From Octopus sinensis (lineage: Eukaryota): a DNA stretch of 64,000 nucleotides. Location of the stretch: the NCBI RefSeq assembly GCF_006345805.1, contig NC_042999.1:86366001-86430000 (forward strand), written 5' to 3'. Made by a program: the position numbers and the translations under genes. Position 1 is the stretch's first letter. Each line of letters begins with the position of its first letter. This document shows positions 12,820 through 25,753 of the stretch, one piece after another. The notes beneath the pieces were generated by a model. The model made no database searches and had not been told where the DNA came from. It worked only from the letters and a program-made list of their open reading frames with translations.

Positions 12820-13545
12820 ATATGACACCTATGACAGACGAATTTCTTTAGATATATATATATGCGCACATAAACAAAGCTGGCAGTATTACAATTATAA
12901 ATTAGTTACAATCGTTTCGATAATTAGTGGAAATGTTACATCAATCAACGTGTTAGGTATTACAAATAAAAAAATATTTTAGTAAAACCTCACTATATTA
13001 TATGAAGACTATCCACGTATCATCTTATAAGACTTGGCATGAATGCAGTACTAACGTATATAGCTACATACATTCCTCTTTTTGTGTGTGTGTTTTCTCT
13101 GCATGTTTATGGACCATTAAATTCATTACTAAAAACATCGTTTGCAATGCTGAGTACTACTTCCCTATCACATAAATTTATATTTATATTCAATTACATT
13201 TTGTTTTGAGTATGTGTGCGTGCGTGTGTGTAATAAAAGTGACCTAAGAAAAACAACTCAGAGTGGCCAGTGGTATTTATATGAACATCATAGATATAAA
13301 TACACGTATATGAAATGTCGTAGAGCATACACTGATTATGTGTGTTGATGTATTTGCATGTCTGTTTGTTTGAGGCTCGTATTCTGCTGACTAACCTATG
13401 CCATGATTTGATGCTACGTCTCTTACCACACAGTATGCAAGAGTAGGTTGCGGGATGTCCACCGAGCCCGAAAGTTTGGCTAAGAATCATTTTTACAGCG
13501 CACACACGCACACACGCGCGCACGCACGCACGCGCGCACGCACGC

Positions 13546-13594
<49 letters not shown>

Positions 13595-13704
13595 CACACA
13601 CACCTCACACAATGCATCTATATTCTTTGATTCACCACACACTGTGTGTGAAAGTAGGTGGAAAAGACCTGTGCAGAAGCTCTTCGGATGGATAGTGACT
13701 TATT

Positions 13705-14255
13705 TTTTTCTACTCTAGGCTGCAGACCCCAAAATTTTGGGGGAGGGAGCCAGTCATTTAGATCGACCCCTGTTCGCAACTGGTACTTAATTTATCGAAC
13801 TCGAAAGGATGAAAAGCAAAGTCGACCTCGGCGGAATTTGAACTCAGAACGAAATAAAAGAAACTTTTCTACTCAAGGCACAAGGCTCGAAATTTTGGGG
13901 GAGGGGGCAAGTCGATTAGATCGACCCCGATACACAATTGGTACTTAATTTATCGACCCTGAAGGAATTTGAACTCAGAACGTAAAGAGAGACGAAATAC
14001 AGCTAAGTATTTCGCCCGTCGTGCTAATGTTTCTTATTTCTTTATTGCCCACAAGGGAGGGAGCAAAGAAGGACAGACAAAGGGATTAAGTCGATTACAT
14101 TGACCCCAGTGCGTAACTGGTACTTAATTTATCGACCCCGAAAGGATGAAAGGCAAAGTCGACCTCGGCGGAATTTGAACTCAGAACGGAAAGGCAGACG
14201 AAATACTGCTAAGCATTTCACTCGACGAGCTAACGTTTCTGCCAGCTCGCCGCCT
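13705..14255 (-). mobile_element. SINE family 1 tandem multimer
   Basis: Three successive partial or complete units with gtcgacctcggcggaatttgaactcagaacg. Confidence 0.9.
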
Positions 14256-14561
14256 TTGGATACAACCGTGTCATAATGACACCACGTAAGAATTACACTT
14301 TAATCACATTTCCGCTAATGTAATGAACCAGATATTTTCGTAGATCGAATAATTGAACATTCATAGTCAGAAATTCTCTCCAAGATTCAGTATATATATA
14401 TAATGGATCCTCTACATTGTGGGGGTGGGGAGTTTCTAAGCACAAATGGATACTGGACTACAGTGGAGCATCAGTGAAACACTCTATTGTACTATGTTAC
14501 AGAGATCAAATTCGAAAATTGGCCATATGGCGAGAGATTTTATAAGTAGGTTCAGAGTTAG

Positions 14562-14730
14562 AGTAGGAGTGGCTGGGTGGTAAGTAGTTTGCTTACCAAC
14601 CATATAGTTCCGGGTTCAGACCCACTGCGTGGCACCTTGGGCAAGTGTCTTCTACTATAGCCTCGGGCCGACAAAAGCCTTGTGAGTGGATTTGGTAGAC
14701 GGAAACTGAAAGAAGCCCGTCGTATATACG

Positions 14731-14765
<35 letters not shown>

Positions 14766-14962
14766 ATGTTTGTCCCCCCCCCAACATCGCTTGACAACCG
14801 ATGCTGGTGTGTTTACGTCCCCGTAAATTAGCGGTTCGGCAAAAGAGACCGATAGAATAAGTACTAGGCTTACAAAAAATAAGTCCTGGGGTCGATTTGC
14901 TCGACTAAAAGCGGTGCTCCAGCATGGCCACAGTCAAATGACTGAAACAAATAAAAGAGTAA
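14562..14962 (+). mobile_element. tRNA-derived SINE, family 2 (CORE-like, internal TA/TG tract, CR1-like 3' tail)
   Basis: A box tggctgggtggt, B box ggttcagaccc, ccttgggcaagtg, tail gcggtgctccagcatggccacagtcaaatgactgaaac; several copies. Confidence 0.85.
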
Positions 14963-15481
14963 AAGAGTGAAATAAGTAAAAAGAGTAAAATGTTAGAGAG
15001 CAAATGGCCGAAAGAAAGAAAGAGAGAAACAGTGGAAAGGGAGGGAGAGAAAATGTCGGGAGAGGACAGAATTGTAGTTAAAGATAAAATGGACACAGAA
15101 GCCGTAACGGACGGATCTCGCTATCCAGCGATATAAACACGAGTGCTTTTATGCAGTACAAGCTCATATGAGAGGTCCTCTCAGGATAAATAGCGCAATA
15201 TTCTGTGTTCTAACTCAATATCCACTTTAATTGAAAGATAAATATTGCTTTTTGGTATTAATACTCTTTCTGTCGTTATTAATTATTTTTTATAAAAAGA
15301 TATATACTCTCATTCCTAAATTTCCCTTCCTCCAAATTGCATCTCTTTCAAATTTTCGGCACGATATCAGCAATTTTCCGAAGCGGGGTGAGTCGGTTTC
15401 ATATATATATATGTATAATATATTTTTATTATACATATATAATATGTGTGCGTGTGTGTCTACTGATTATATATATATTCT

Positions 15482-15942
15482 CTAGTTTCAGCTTAGAGCT
15501 GTGGCCATGTTGATGCACTGCCGTTTTGCTACACTGTTAGAGCCTCCTCTAATATGTGGCACTTGGTGAAGCATGGAGTTTGATATAGCTACCATCATTT
15601 GTACCTCTTGCCGTGAGGTAGGTTCATCTGGGACTCTCGACAAGAAGAGGTCCAGCTTTGATTCAAAAACCCCTACATCTACTTTGTGCAAGTTCCTCAG
15701 ACTCTTTGGGAGGATATTAAAAAGCTGTGGGCCCTTGAAATCCAGGCTGTTGCAGTAACTGGTCCTGAAGCGTGATGACATTGCTGGGGCCTTTGGCACT
15801 ATGCAGTGTCGCCTCGTTCTGGCATTGGTGTAGCTTTCACTGCCAAAATTTGGCACAATTCCTTCCAGGATCTTCCAGATATATATTACTGCATACCTCT
15901 CCCATCTTCTCTCCAGGGAGTAGAGTCTTAACTGTTTCAACC

Positions 15943-15947
<5 letters not shown>
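15482..15947 (-). mobile_element. CR1-group LINE 3' fragment
   Basis: [33 protein letters not shown]...[15 protein letters not shown]...[13 protein letters not shown]; homologous to 26552-26905; TA flanks. Confidence 0.8.
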
Positions 15948-15982
<35 letters not shown>

Positions 15983-16032
15983 CAATATAGGGAGGCAAAA
16001 AAATTTTGTAGAATTCTTTCCGTTCCTTGATT

Positions 16033-16109
<77 letters not shown>

Positions 16110-17079
16110 AAGAAGAAGAAGAAAAACGTTTATAATTATGAACAAGTCACAATTATAACTAAGAGGATTATAAAACCCTTACTTGTTAAAAATAGCGGCC
16201 AAAACCGCTATAAAGCCATCATATCACACATATCATTTCTCCTCACGGTAAAAACACTCCTCTCTACTTATACACACACACATATAAATATACATACATA
16301 CATACATACATACATACATACATACATACATACACACATATATATATATAAATATATATGTATATATATGGACATACACAACTCTCACTCACTCTTTCTG
16401 TATATGTGTGTGTTTCGTATATATGTGTTTGTGTGTTTGTATGAGTATCTGTTTGTGTAGATGTGTTCGTGCGTAATTACATTTTATATTGAAAATAATA
16501 GTGCACACGAAATCTATCTTACAAAGCATGCTATAAGTATCAACTCCAAAAGAAAAAGAAAGGCGAAATAAAAGGTTTCACCGTTCTAACAATAGCGAAA
16601 CATTATCTTGCGCCATGTGTTTAGACAGGTACTTAATAGTTAACTTCTAAATTATTTACCTTATATTTTACAGAGCTGCAATTTGGAGGAAAGGGAATTT
16701 ACGAATAAATCTACGGCAATAAATTCTCGAGTCCACCTATCGCAAATTTAAAATTTATTACTTGGTCCTTGTTACTTATTATGAAACTGCTTTGATGATG
16801 GTCACATTCAATATAAATCGCTATATATAATTAAGATTTTCTCTTTAAATGAATAGAAGTGTATACAGGCAAACATTAATGTACAAATTCTTTGCTGTTT
16901 GACGACTAGCAACGAAAATATGTTTGCTTTAGCTATTTGAGCATATAAAAAATATGTTTGTATATCGCCGTTACACATTCGCGCATACAAATAAACACAC
17001 ACATATGTAGGTATATATGTGTATGCGTATGTATGTATGTATGTATGTATGTATGTATGTATGTATGTATGTATGTATG

Positions 17080-17111
<32 letters not shown>

Positions 17112-17185
17112 TGTATGTATGTATGTATGTATGTATGTATGCATGCATGTAAGTATGTATGTATACATACATACATGCATATATA

Positions 17186-17557
17186 CGTCGTCGTGGCACT
17201 CCGTCGGTTACGACGACGAGGGTCCCAGTTGATCCGATCAACGGAACAGCCTGCTCGTGAAATTAACGTGTAAGTGGCTGAGCACTCCATAGACACGTGT
17301 ACCCTTAATGTAGTTCTCGGGGAGATTCAGCGTGACACAGTGTGTGACAAGGCTGGCCTTTGAAACAGGAAGAAAGACTGTGAGAAAATTGTGATGAAAG
17401 AGTACAGCAGGGTTCGCCACCATCCCAGCCGGAGCCTCGTGGAGCTTTAGGTGTTTTCGCTCAATAAACATTCACAACACCGGGTCTGGTAATCGAAAAC
17501 GCGATCCCACGAGCGCCAAGTCCGCTGCTCTAACACCACTGGGCCATTGCCTTTCCA
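17186..17557 (-). mobile_element. tRNA-derived SINE, family 3 (tail type 1)
   Basis: rc head gcaatggcccagtggtg..gtttt cgattacc; head shared with 27410-27596; tail also at ~31485-31670. Confidence 0.8.
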
Positions 17558-17580
17558 CAAAATACATACATACGTACATA

Positions 17581-19208
17581 CAGTTGCGGCAAAAATGTTC
17601 AGAACGGCATTGTTTTCGTCAGAAAAGTAAGTATAAGTTTTTATTAAAGTTGTTTCATATTCTATAATTTTCACAAACAATAAATACGATATTAATTGGT
17701 ATTGTCTGAGATTTTAGTGTAATTTGAGAGGATAATACAAAAGTTATGGATGATATAGTGATTTACTGCAAAACCCATGGTGGCCAAAATGATCAGAACG
17801 GTTGAAAAAATAACAAAATAATCAAAAAGTGACAGAGAATGCTGGAATTATTTCATATTTAGTGTGAAGCCCTTTAGCTTCAATCAAAGATTGACATTTT
17901 TGACTGCATGGGGAAATTAAATTTTCAATTTCTTGCTGGGTGATCTTATTCCATTCTTCCTGAAGGGCATTCCATAATTGCTCGGTTGTTTTAGGATTTC
18001 TGGCTTTCAAACGTTCTCCTAGAATACTCCACACATTTTCAATAGGATTGAGGTCTGGGCTTTGAGCAGGCCAATCCATTACAATAACCTTTTCAGCCTT
18101 GAAGAAGTTCATGACCACCTTAGCCTTGTGACATGGGGCATTGTCCTGCATGAATATGGGTGGTCGCTTAGTTGAATTTCTTATCACAGGCAAGACATGA
18201 TCTTTTACAAGTTGTTTATAAACTCCAGCATTTACCTTTCCATGTAATCGCAGCAAAGGGCCCACAACATCTCCAGATATCATCCCCCAAACCATGACAC
18301 TTCCTCCACCGAATTTAACACTAGTCTTAAGGCATTTAGGTGACAATTTTTCACCTGCTTTTCGACGAACCTACCTTTTCCCATCTGAGCCAAATAACAT
18401 AGACTTAGATTCATCACTGAAATGCACCGTTTGCCATTTTTCTTGAGACCACAACACATGTTCGGTTGCAAAGGTAAGACGACACTTTTTATTCTTGGAG
18501 CTGATCAGTGGCTTCACTGCAGGTGCTCTTGCTTGTAGGTCATGTTCAACTAAAGGACGAGACACAGTTTTTCGAGATAAAGTTTTCTTCAGTACAATGC
18601 TCATTTCCCGAAAAACAGCAGCAGCAGTTTTAAATCTGTCCTTTTTAACCAACTTTACCATAGCACAATCTTCTCTCTTGGTCGTTTTTCTGGCCTACCT
18701 GTAGACTTTCTTGCTTCACACGAACCACAATCATCGTAGTCCTTAAGAATACCGTGAACAACACTTTTTGACTTGTTAACAATCTTTGCAATAGACCTAA
18801 TACTTAAATTATCCTTCTTTCGAAGCTTAATAATCTGCTGACGAATTGGTAACGGAGTAAGTGGCATTATATTAACAAAGTACACTGCAGATATTCTTAC
18901 TAATGTTTAGTAAACGAACTGTCACGTAAACAAATTCAAAACATTAGAGTTCGACGGTTAAATATACTAAAACATGGAGTAAAAGCAACCGTTCTGATCA
19001 TTTTGGCCGCCATGGGGTTTGCAGTAAATCACTAAATCATCCATAACTTTTTTATTATCCTCTCAAATTACACCAAAATCTCAGACAATAACAAATAATA
19101 TCGTATTTATTGTCTGTGAAAACTATAGAATATAAAACAAGTTTGATAAAAACTTATACCTACTTTTCTGACAAAACAATACCGTTCTGAACATTTTGGC
19201 CGCAACTG
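17581..19208 (-). mobile_element. Full-length Tc1-family DNA transposon with ~224-bp IR/DR terminal inverted repeats
   Basis: TA|cagttgcggc ... ggccgcaactg|TA; TIRs 17581-17804 and 18986-19208, each with two ggccaaaatgNtcagaacgg direct repeats. Confidence 0.97.
17822..18867 (-). pseudogene. Tc1 DD34E transposase, split by two frameshifts
   Basis: HTH (MPLTPLPIRQQII..GRP), VHFSDESK, VMVWG, FMQDNAPCH, WPAQSPDLNPIENVW, KGLHTKY across three track ORFs. Confidence 0.95.
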
Positions 19209-19622
19209 TACATACATATATACATATGTGTGCATGTGTGTGTATGTGGGGCGGGATTTCGAGGGATTTATTATCCGGGAGGATACCGTATTGGCTCTCA
19301 GTTAAGTTCCAGTTAACGGCTAGCCACTTCGATCAGTATTTAACATCTGTGATTACTATTTGTTGCTAGTCACTCCGTGGGTAATTTCTTCCAATGGGTA
19401 ATTTCGTATACGCTTTACTGAACGCTAAAAACTTGTTTGAAGTACATATTATTATTAATGATAAAGAGTATGAAGACTTGTTCATCCACAAAATTTATTT
19501 ATTTTGTAATTTTATAAAGCATATTATAATGACTTACAGGTGTTTCTGCTGCCCCGACTACTTACGCTTGGAGATGCGACCTTGCATTATTATCAGTGCC
19601 ATACTATTCTCCATAGTTATCA

Positions 19623-19678
<56 letters not shown>

Positions 19679-19680
<2 letters not shown>

Positions 19681-19890
19681 GGCGGCGAGCTGGCAGAATC
19701 GTTAGCTCGCTGGACGAAACACTTAACGGTATTTCGCCCATCGCAATGTTCTGAGTCCAAACTCCGCTGAACTCGACTTTGCCTTTCATCCCTTCGGGGT
19801 CGATAAATTAAGTACCACTGGAATACTGGGATCGATATGATCGACTGCCCCCCCCCCCAAATCCAGGTCTTGTGCCTATAGTAGAAATGA
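19679..19890 (+). mobile_element. SINE family 1 (tail A) within (ATT)n
   Basis: Complete head, core and tail. Confidence 0.9.
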
Positions 19891-20076
19891 TTATTATTAT
19901 TATTATTATGTGAAGTATATTTGCCATTTAAATGTGGCTAACCACTAAGGGTGGATGCTACTCTAGCTTGTAACCCCAGGAGAACATCTTCTCCAGCTGG
20001 CTATTGACACACTTTCTGTGCCCTATCAGTATTTGCAAAGGGAAGCCATCCTTCTCATCGTCGACCTGAGTGATAA

Positions 20077-20119
20077 GCACGGACCCGGGTTTCTGAGTAT
20101 TTACCCGTCGTCAGCGCAC
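20077..20119 (-). ncRNA. Minimal type I hammerhead ribozyme motif in a ~280-bp repeat (19908-20185)
   Basis: rc: gtgcg CTGACGA cgggta-aa-tactca GAAA cccggg TC cgtgc; palindromic stem III. Confidence 0.75.
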
Positions 20120-20236
20120 GACAATCACCGGTCTTCGATGCGAAGAGAGTCCTTACAAACTCTCCACTCTTCTCCATTCAATCATATATGTATATATATG
20201 TGTGTATGTATATATATATGTGTGTGTGTGTATGTC

Positions 20237-20269
<33 letters not shown>

Positions 20270-20550
20270 TATATATGTATGTACGTATGTATGTATACAC
20301 ACACACACACACACATATATCACGGGCGTCTTTCAGATCCCGTCTACAAAATCCACCCAGAAGGCATTGGTCGGCACTTGTATAAGATTGAACTTACAAT
20401 GTAACTGAACATAGCCAGACACTTTGTCGAACCTTTCTTACAGTAGCCTTAATTCATTGATAGAAGCTAAAGCAATGTGTAACATGTGTATTTATATTTA
20501 TATGTTTGCACACATATATGTGTGTATCTGTCTCTCTCTGTCTCTCTCTG

Positions 20551-20649
<99 letters not shown>

Positions 20650-20689
20650 CTATATATGTATACATATATATGTGTGTGTTTATATATAT

Positions 20690-20738
<49 letters not shown>

Positions 20739-20883
20739 AGCAATAAAGATTCAAGTTAATTTAAATGAATTTACTTGAATATGGTACCTAACTTAGATGC
20801 ACCAAAAAAAAACTATACTGATTTAACAATACAGTAATGTGGGGTGATTATAAGCGAGAAAGAAGCAACAAGAATGGATAGGT

Positions 20884-20974
20884 TTTTAGTACGATCGTTT
20901 CATACAAGGACAGGTTTTATTAAAAGTTGCAAAGATTACAGCATATAAACGAGTCCCGTACTCATCAGCTAAAA
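20884..20974 (-). ncRNA. Type I hammerhead ribozyme motif (mirror copy)
   Basis: Reverse complement of 21056-21146. Confidence 0.8.
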
Positions 20975-21055
20975 TACATGTGAGTTCTCTAGACATCCTA
21001 CATTACTTCATGAGTATAGCCTCAAATACTAGGATGTCTAGAGAACTCACATGTA

Positions 21056-21146
21056 TTTTAGCTGATGAGTACGGGACTCGTTTATATGCTGTAATCTTTG
21101 CAACTTTTAATAAAACCTGTCCTTGTATGAAACGATCGTACTAAAA
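21056..21146 (+). ncRNA. Type I hammerhead ribozyme motif with extended stem II
   Basis: ttttag CTGATGA gtacgggac...gtccttgtat GAAA cgatcg TA ctaaaa; predicted cleavage after 21140. Confidence 0.8.
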
Positions 21147-21176
21147 ACCTATCCATTCTTGTTGCTTCTTTCTCGC

Positions 21177-21212
<36 letters not shown>

Positions 21213-21317
21213 GCGCGTTCCGGCTTATGTGACTCATTAGTACAAATGTTCTTAAATTTTTGGAAAAACTATAAAGAACATAGAGCATAATCATTTCTCG
21301 TTTATTTATGTCCCGAA

Positions 21318-21364
21318 ATGTCAAAACTTTCGTCGCACCACTGTGATCTGATCATGATCACAGT
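21318..21364 (-). ncRNA. Degenerate hammerhead-like motif of the C8 variant type
   Basis: rc: (a)TGATCA g atcaca-gtgg-tgcgac GAAA gt tt tgacat; resembles 55016-55066; 5' side replaced by a short inversion. Confidence 0.4.
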
Positions 21365-22116
21365 TCCATGGCCTCTCTTTGAAATTTAGTTTCTGGCTTT
21401 CAGGTAGGTTCTGAGAGCCTCAGAATTTAAAAAAACTTTTTTTCTTGGACTCACAGACATGTGAATTTGCTACATAAACGGTACTTAACCTCTTGACACC
21501 AGCAGTGGTTAGCCACTTAGCCTCTTAACATTCAGATTTAATCTACCAAATGCAGTACTTATTTATTCACGTTGTTTTGAATTAATCAGATATTATCTTG
21601 TAGCGTCAAGATTTCCATGATATGATTATTTACCTTAGAATGACATTGTAGGGTTGGCATAAGAGGTCAGATCTGTTTGGTTTGAGCAATAAAAGACGGA
21701 AAATATTTGGGCCAAATATTGACGGTTTAAATGTCAAAGGTTTAGCAAACATTCCATTCATTTGTCTGTTACAACTTAACATGTATATATCATTATCACC
21801 GTTCCACCTTTTTCATTCTCCCTTTCTTCTTTCTCTCTTTTTTATTCTTTTGTGTTTTCACATATCGTAATGGTCATATATACCCTGCTTGTTATATACA
21901 CATATAAGGTGTTTTTGGTATATCATTTTATGGTTCAAGTGTATAAAAATGAGATTCTTATATGTAGATTAAATTATATTTTAAGTATGTGGAGTAAAAA
22001 ACGGAGGGTAATGCCAATCTAGAAATATCGATAAAATTATACCTATATGCATCCATCGATATAAACACACACACAAACACACATACACACACACACATAT
22101 ATATATACACATACGC

Positions 22117-22157
<41 letters not shown>

Positions 22158-22695
22158 TACATATATACTTGTGTACATGCACTCACGATTGTATGTATAT
22201 AAACTAATTCTACGTGGAGAGACGAAGAAAAATATACCCTTCCTGTGTTTATCACCTTAGTATAACCCCATTGAAACTATGCTCGTATTCTCATACACAG
22301 ATTGATTCAATTGTACCGAGATTGTATGGAAGTGATCATATCTATACAAAATTTATTCACTGAACTAATGTGATTATGGGGTACAAATTGATAGAAATAA
22401 TGGAAGCTTCTTTGCAGTATAATTGTTCCAATGCTCGTATAATCTATCACTAATTCGCTAACACTTGCATAGAAACTGTTTTTCCTACGTAAATTCCAGG
22501 GAGTCCTGCACATGGTCCATCTTGGCATGTTATAAAGTATACGGTATTTGTTATATTGCAGCTGAGAGCACGATCTGCTTGTGTTATTTTCTTTTAACTA
22601 TTAGAGCAGAATAGTTGGAAGTAATAATATGAATATAGTGAAGGGTAAAGCATGGTACAATAACAACAGATTTGAAGGTGTAATATTTATGGATG

Positions 22696-22937
22696 TGGAG
22701 GCCCGTGGCTTAGTGGTTAGGGTGTCAGTATCATGATCGTAGGGATTGTGATTTCGATTGCTGGACCGGGCGACGCGTTGTGCTCTTGAGCAAAACACTT
22801 CATTTCACGTTGCTCCAGTCCACTCAGCTGGCAAAAATGAGTAACGCTGCGATGGACTGACGTCCCGTCCAGCTGGGGAACACATACGCCATAGAAACAG
22901 GGAAACCGGGCCCATGAGCCTGGCTAGGCTTTAAAAG
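22696..22937 (+). mobile_element. tRNA-derived SINE, family 4
   Basis: tggcttagtggttagg A box, atttcgattgc B box, cttgagcaaaacacttc, ctgcgatggactgacgtcccgtccag. Confidence 0.75.
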
Positions 22938-23200
22938 CACCCCCACCCCAAACAAATATTTATGGATATCACACCAAATAACGAATTACCTAATAAATTT
23001 AGGAGGACCTTACGTGAATTTAACCGTATATTCAAAGTCATAGAAGATGATAAACAAGAATATCTATCAAATCCATCAAACACACATACACACAAATGCG
23101 CGCGTACGTACATACATACAGACTCTCGCGCGCATACACACATCTGTATAGTGTGTTTGTATGCATTAAATATCGAACAAAACGTATATGGCAGTATATA

Positions 23201-23250
<50 letters not shown>

Positions 23251-23283
23251 TTTTTTTTTTTTATTATTATTATCATTATTATT

Positions 23284-23470
23284 GCCTTTGCACAGCTTCT
23301 AACGCTGGAGATGTACTACGGTGTCAGCTGTTCACTAAAAGTGAACTAAGGTAACACCTCTTATTTTTCGAGCACCTTCCGGAGTATTCGAGCAGTTCCA
23401 AGCAGTGCTGTTTTCTGCAAGTGCTCCACCCTTATTGCAGCCCCTATTTGTTCCACGTACTTCTCGAAAT
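23284..23470 (-). mobile_element. R4/Dong-type LINE 3' end
   Basis: FEKYVEQIGAAIRVEHLQKTALLGTARILRKVLEK*; 3' UTR resembles 6470-6545; TAA flanks. Confidence 0.85.
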
Positions 23471-23479
23471 TAAAGAAAA

Positions 23480-23528
<49 letters not shown>

Positions 23529-24049
23529 GAGTGAGAGAGCAGTTCATGCCATCAAAGTGACACTGGGGTAAAATATACGAAGCCCAATATACCCATCATG
23601 ACTACCCGTCTGATAAAGGCACACCAGGCACATGCATCACAACCATATGTGCGCGACATGGTGATCTCATATCAAGATAAACAGCACATGACCTTGCAGG
23701 TGGGGCCCAGTTAGAATTTTCTTCAGGTTGAGTAGCCCATCCCGCTCAAACGGTCCCTGAATAAGGGTTGTTTAAGGATGTTGAAAGAACCACCCATGTT
23801 TCCAGAGGTGAATTATTCAAACCCCAAAGAATCCCTATCAACACATGGCTATGATGCTCCCCCACTACTTCTGCTCGTGATCAGAGATGCACATATCGTC
23901 AGCCACTAAGGGACATGCTCAACTGGTTAAGGTCAAACAACTGACAAGCAAATCTGTGGTATTGAGCAGAATATTTGCTGTAGCCCATCTTTTATGCCAA
24001 GACAAAACAATGTACATGATAACACTTCCAATCAGTTAAGATCAGAAGC

Positions 24050-24050
<1 letters not shown>
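23529..24050 (-). mobile_element. ~550-bp TAA-associated repeat, copy C
   Basis: rc of copy A, lacking ~30 bp at its 5' end; (TAA)n on both sides. Confidence 0.9.
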
Positions 24051-24126
<76 letters not shown>

Positions 24127-24130
<4 letters not shown>

Positions 24131-24697
24131 TAGTTTTATTTTTATAGCGTGCTTTCACTTCACTACCCAGCGCAGCTCTGTGTGCCTTGGGTATGTGCTG
24201 TGATTTGTTGTGATGCTCTGATGGTTATTGTATGGAAAGTGTTCTGCGTAGGATGTGTGCAGTGCCTAGTAGTGCAATTTTCTGTATGTTATATGTGTTT
24301 GTAAGTCCTGGTGTTTTTGTTATGTATTTGTCTGAATATTTTTTTATCATGCCTAATGCACCTACTATGATAGGAATTGTTTCTGTTTTCAGGTTCCACA
24401 TTCTAGTTATCTCTATTTCCAGGTCTTTGTATTTTGAGAGTTTCTCCATTTCTTTTAGAGACACGTTGTCATCTGCCGGTGTTGATACATCAATTAGAAA
24501 GCATTTTTTTTCTTCATGATCTCTGACAACTATATCTGGTCTGTTGGCCTTAATTTCTCTATCTGTGTGTATCGGCATATCCCAGAGTATGGTTGCTTTC
24601 TCGTTTTCTGTGACCTTTTCTGGTGTGTGCCTATACCATCTTTTTTCTGTTGTTATTCCATAATGTTGGCATAGCTTCCAATGTATGTAGGTTCCAA
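24127..24697 (-). mobile_element. R4/Dong-type LINE 3' fragment (restriction-like endonuclease domain)
   Basis: ILWDMPIHTDREIKANRPDIVV..LIDVS..EKLSKYKDL..PIIVGALG..ALLGTAHILRRTL; TAA flanks. Confidence 0.93.
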
Positions 24698-24698
24698 C

Positions 24699-24735
<37 letters not shown>

Positions 24736-25133
24736 TTATTATTATTATCATTATTATTATTATTATTATATTATTATTATTATTATTTTATTATTATTAT
24801 TATTATTATTATATATCAAGCCTAACAAAACAGCAATGCATTTGAAATGTATAATTATCACAGAAACGTGATGATATAATTTGTAGCGAAAGACAAGCGG
24901 CAAAAAAAATCACAACAAACAAAAGCAAAACAACTTTACTGCAGTTCTCGGTTGTATACAAATACTTTGGTAAATCCATTATGTCATCGTCGTAAAAGCT
25001 ATGATTGTCGACAATTTTGTACAAATAAACAAGAAGTCAAAAATGAAAAATTGATTTCTGTACGCTAGATAAATTAGTTAGTAATGTAAAAACGCGCTAT
25101 TTCGTAGTACTCATTGAAAATTAAACATTAATA

Positions 25134-25753
25134 TCTATCAGAATATATACTTGTATGTTCTGACTGGTCTGTATGTATGCTCAAGTGTAAGATATGAAAG
25201 AAATAACTCAAGATACGTGGAGAATTCTTCTTTTTCTTGTTTCTTCGTTATTTAGCCCGTCCGTAACGTTTTCACGCGATTAGTTGAAAGGAAGGAGAGG
25301 GAGTGAATAGTAGGAGAGAGAGTGGAGATGGAGGAGTGATATGGGGAGGGTGAGAGGGGATAGAGGAGAGGTGGTGGTGACTGAAGTGTGTAAATTTTTT
25401 AAACTAAGTTTTTTCTCCCCCGTTACTTAGCCCGTTTATAACACTTTCACGTCATTAGTCGAAGGGAAAACAAAGAGCGAAAGAAAACGGAGAGAGTAAA
25501 AGAGGGTAAGGCGAATAAGAAAGAGAGATAGAGCTGTGTATGAAGTCTATAAAATTGTGCATAAACTATATAAAGTGCATTAAGTAATCATCGTATTCCA
25601 ATTTCCTTCACTTTTGAATGATTAGCAAATGGGCGACTACCTTTTGATACAGACACAACACAGGTTACGTTTTCAGGATTTTTGGATAACGTTTTCAAAA
25701 ATAATCCAAAGGGTTGACTATTAATTCCGTCTAATATTAACGGGTCCCACTAG
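25134..25753 (+). mobile_element. Non-autonomous Helitron-like element
   Basis: A|TCtatc start, subterminal hairpin ccgt-ctaatatta-acgg, CTAG|T end; internal ~45-bp direct repeats near 25247 and 25422. Confidence 0.5.

Larger units (their letters stand above)
20735..21177. mobile_element. Palindromic hammerhead-bearing element, family P1 copy 1 (Penelope-like terminal repeat)
   Basis: 147-bp arms 20854-21000 and 21030-21176, 29-bp spacer, ~120-bp unpaired extension, (TA)n on both sides; second copy at 29597-30144. Confidence 0.85.
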
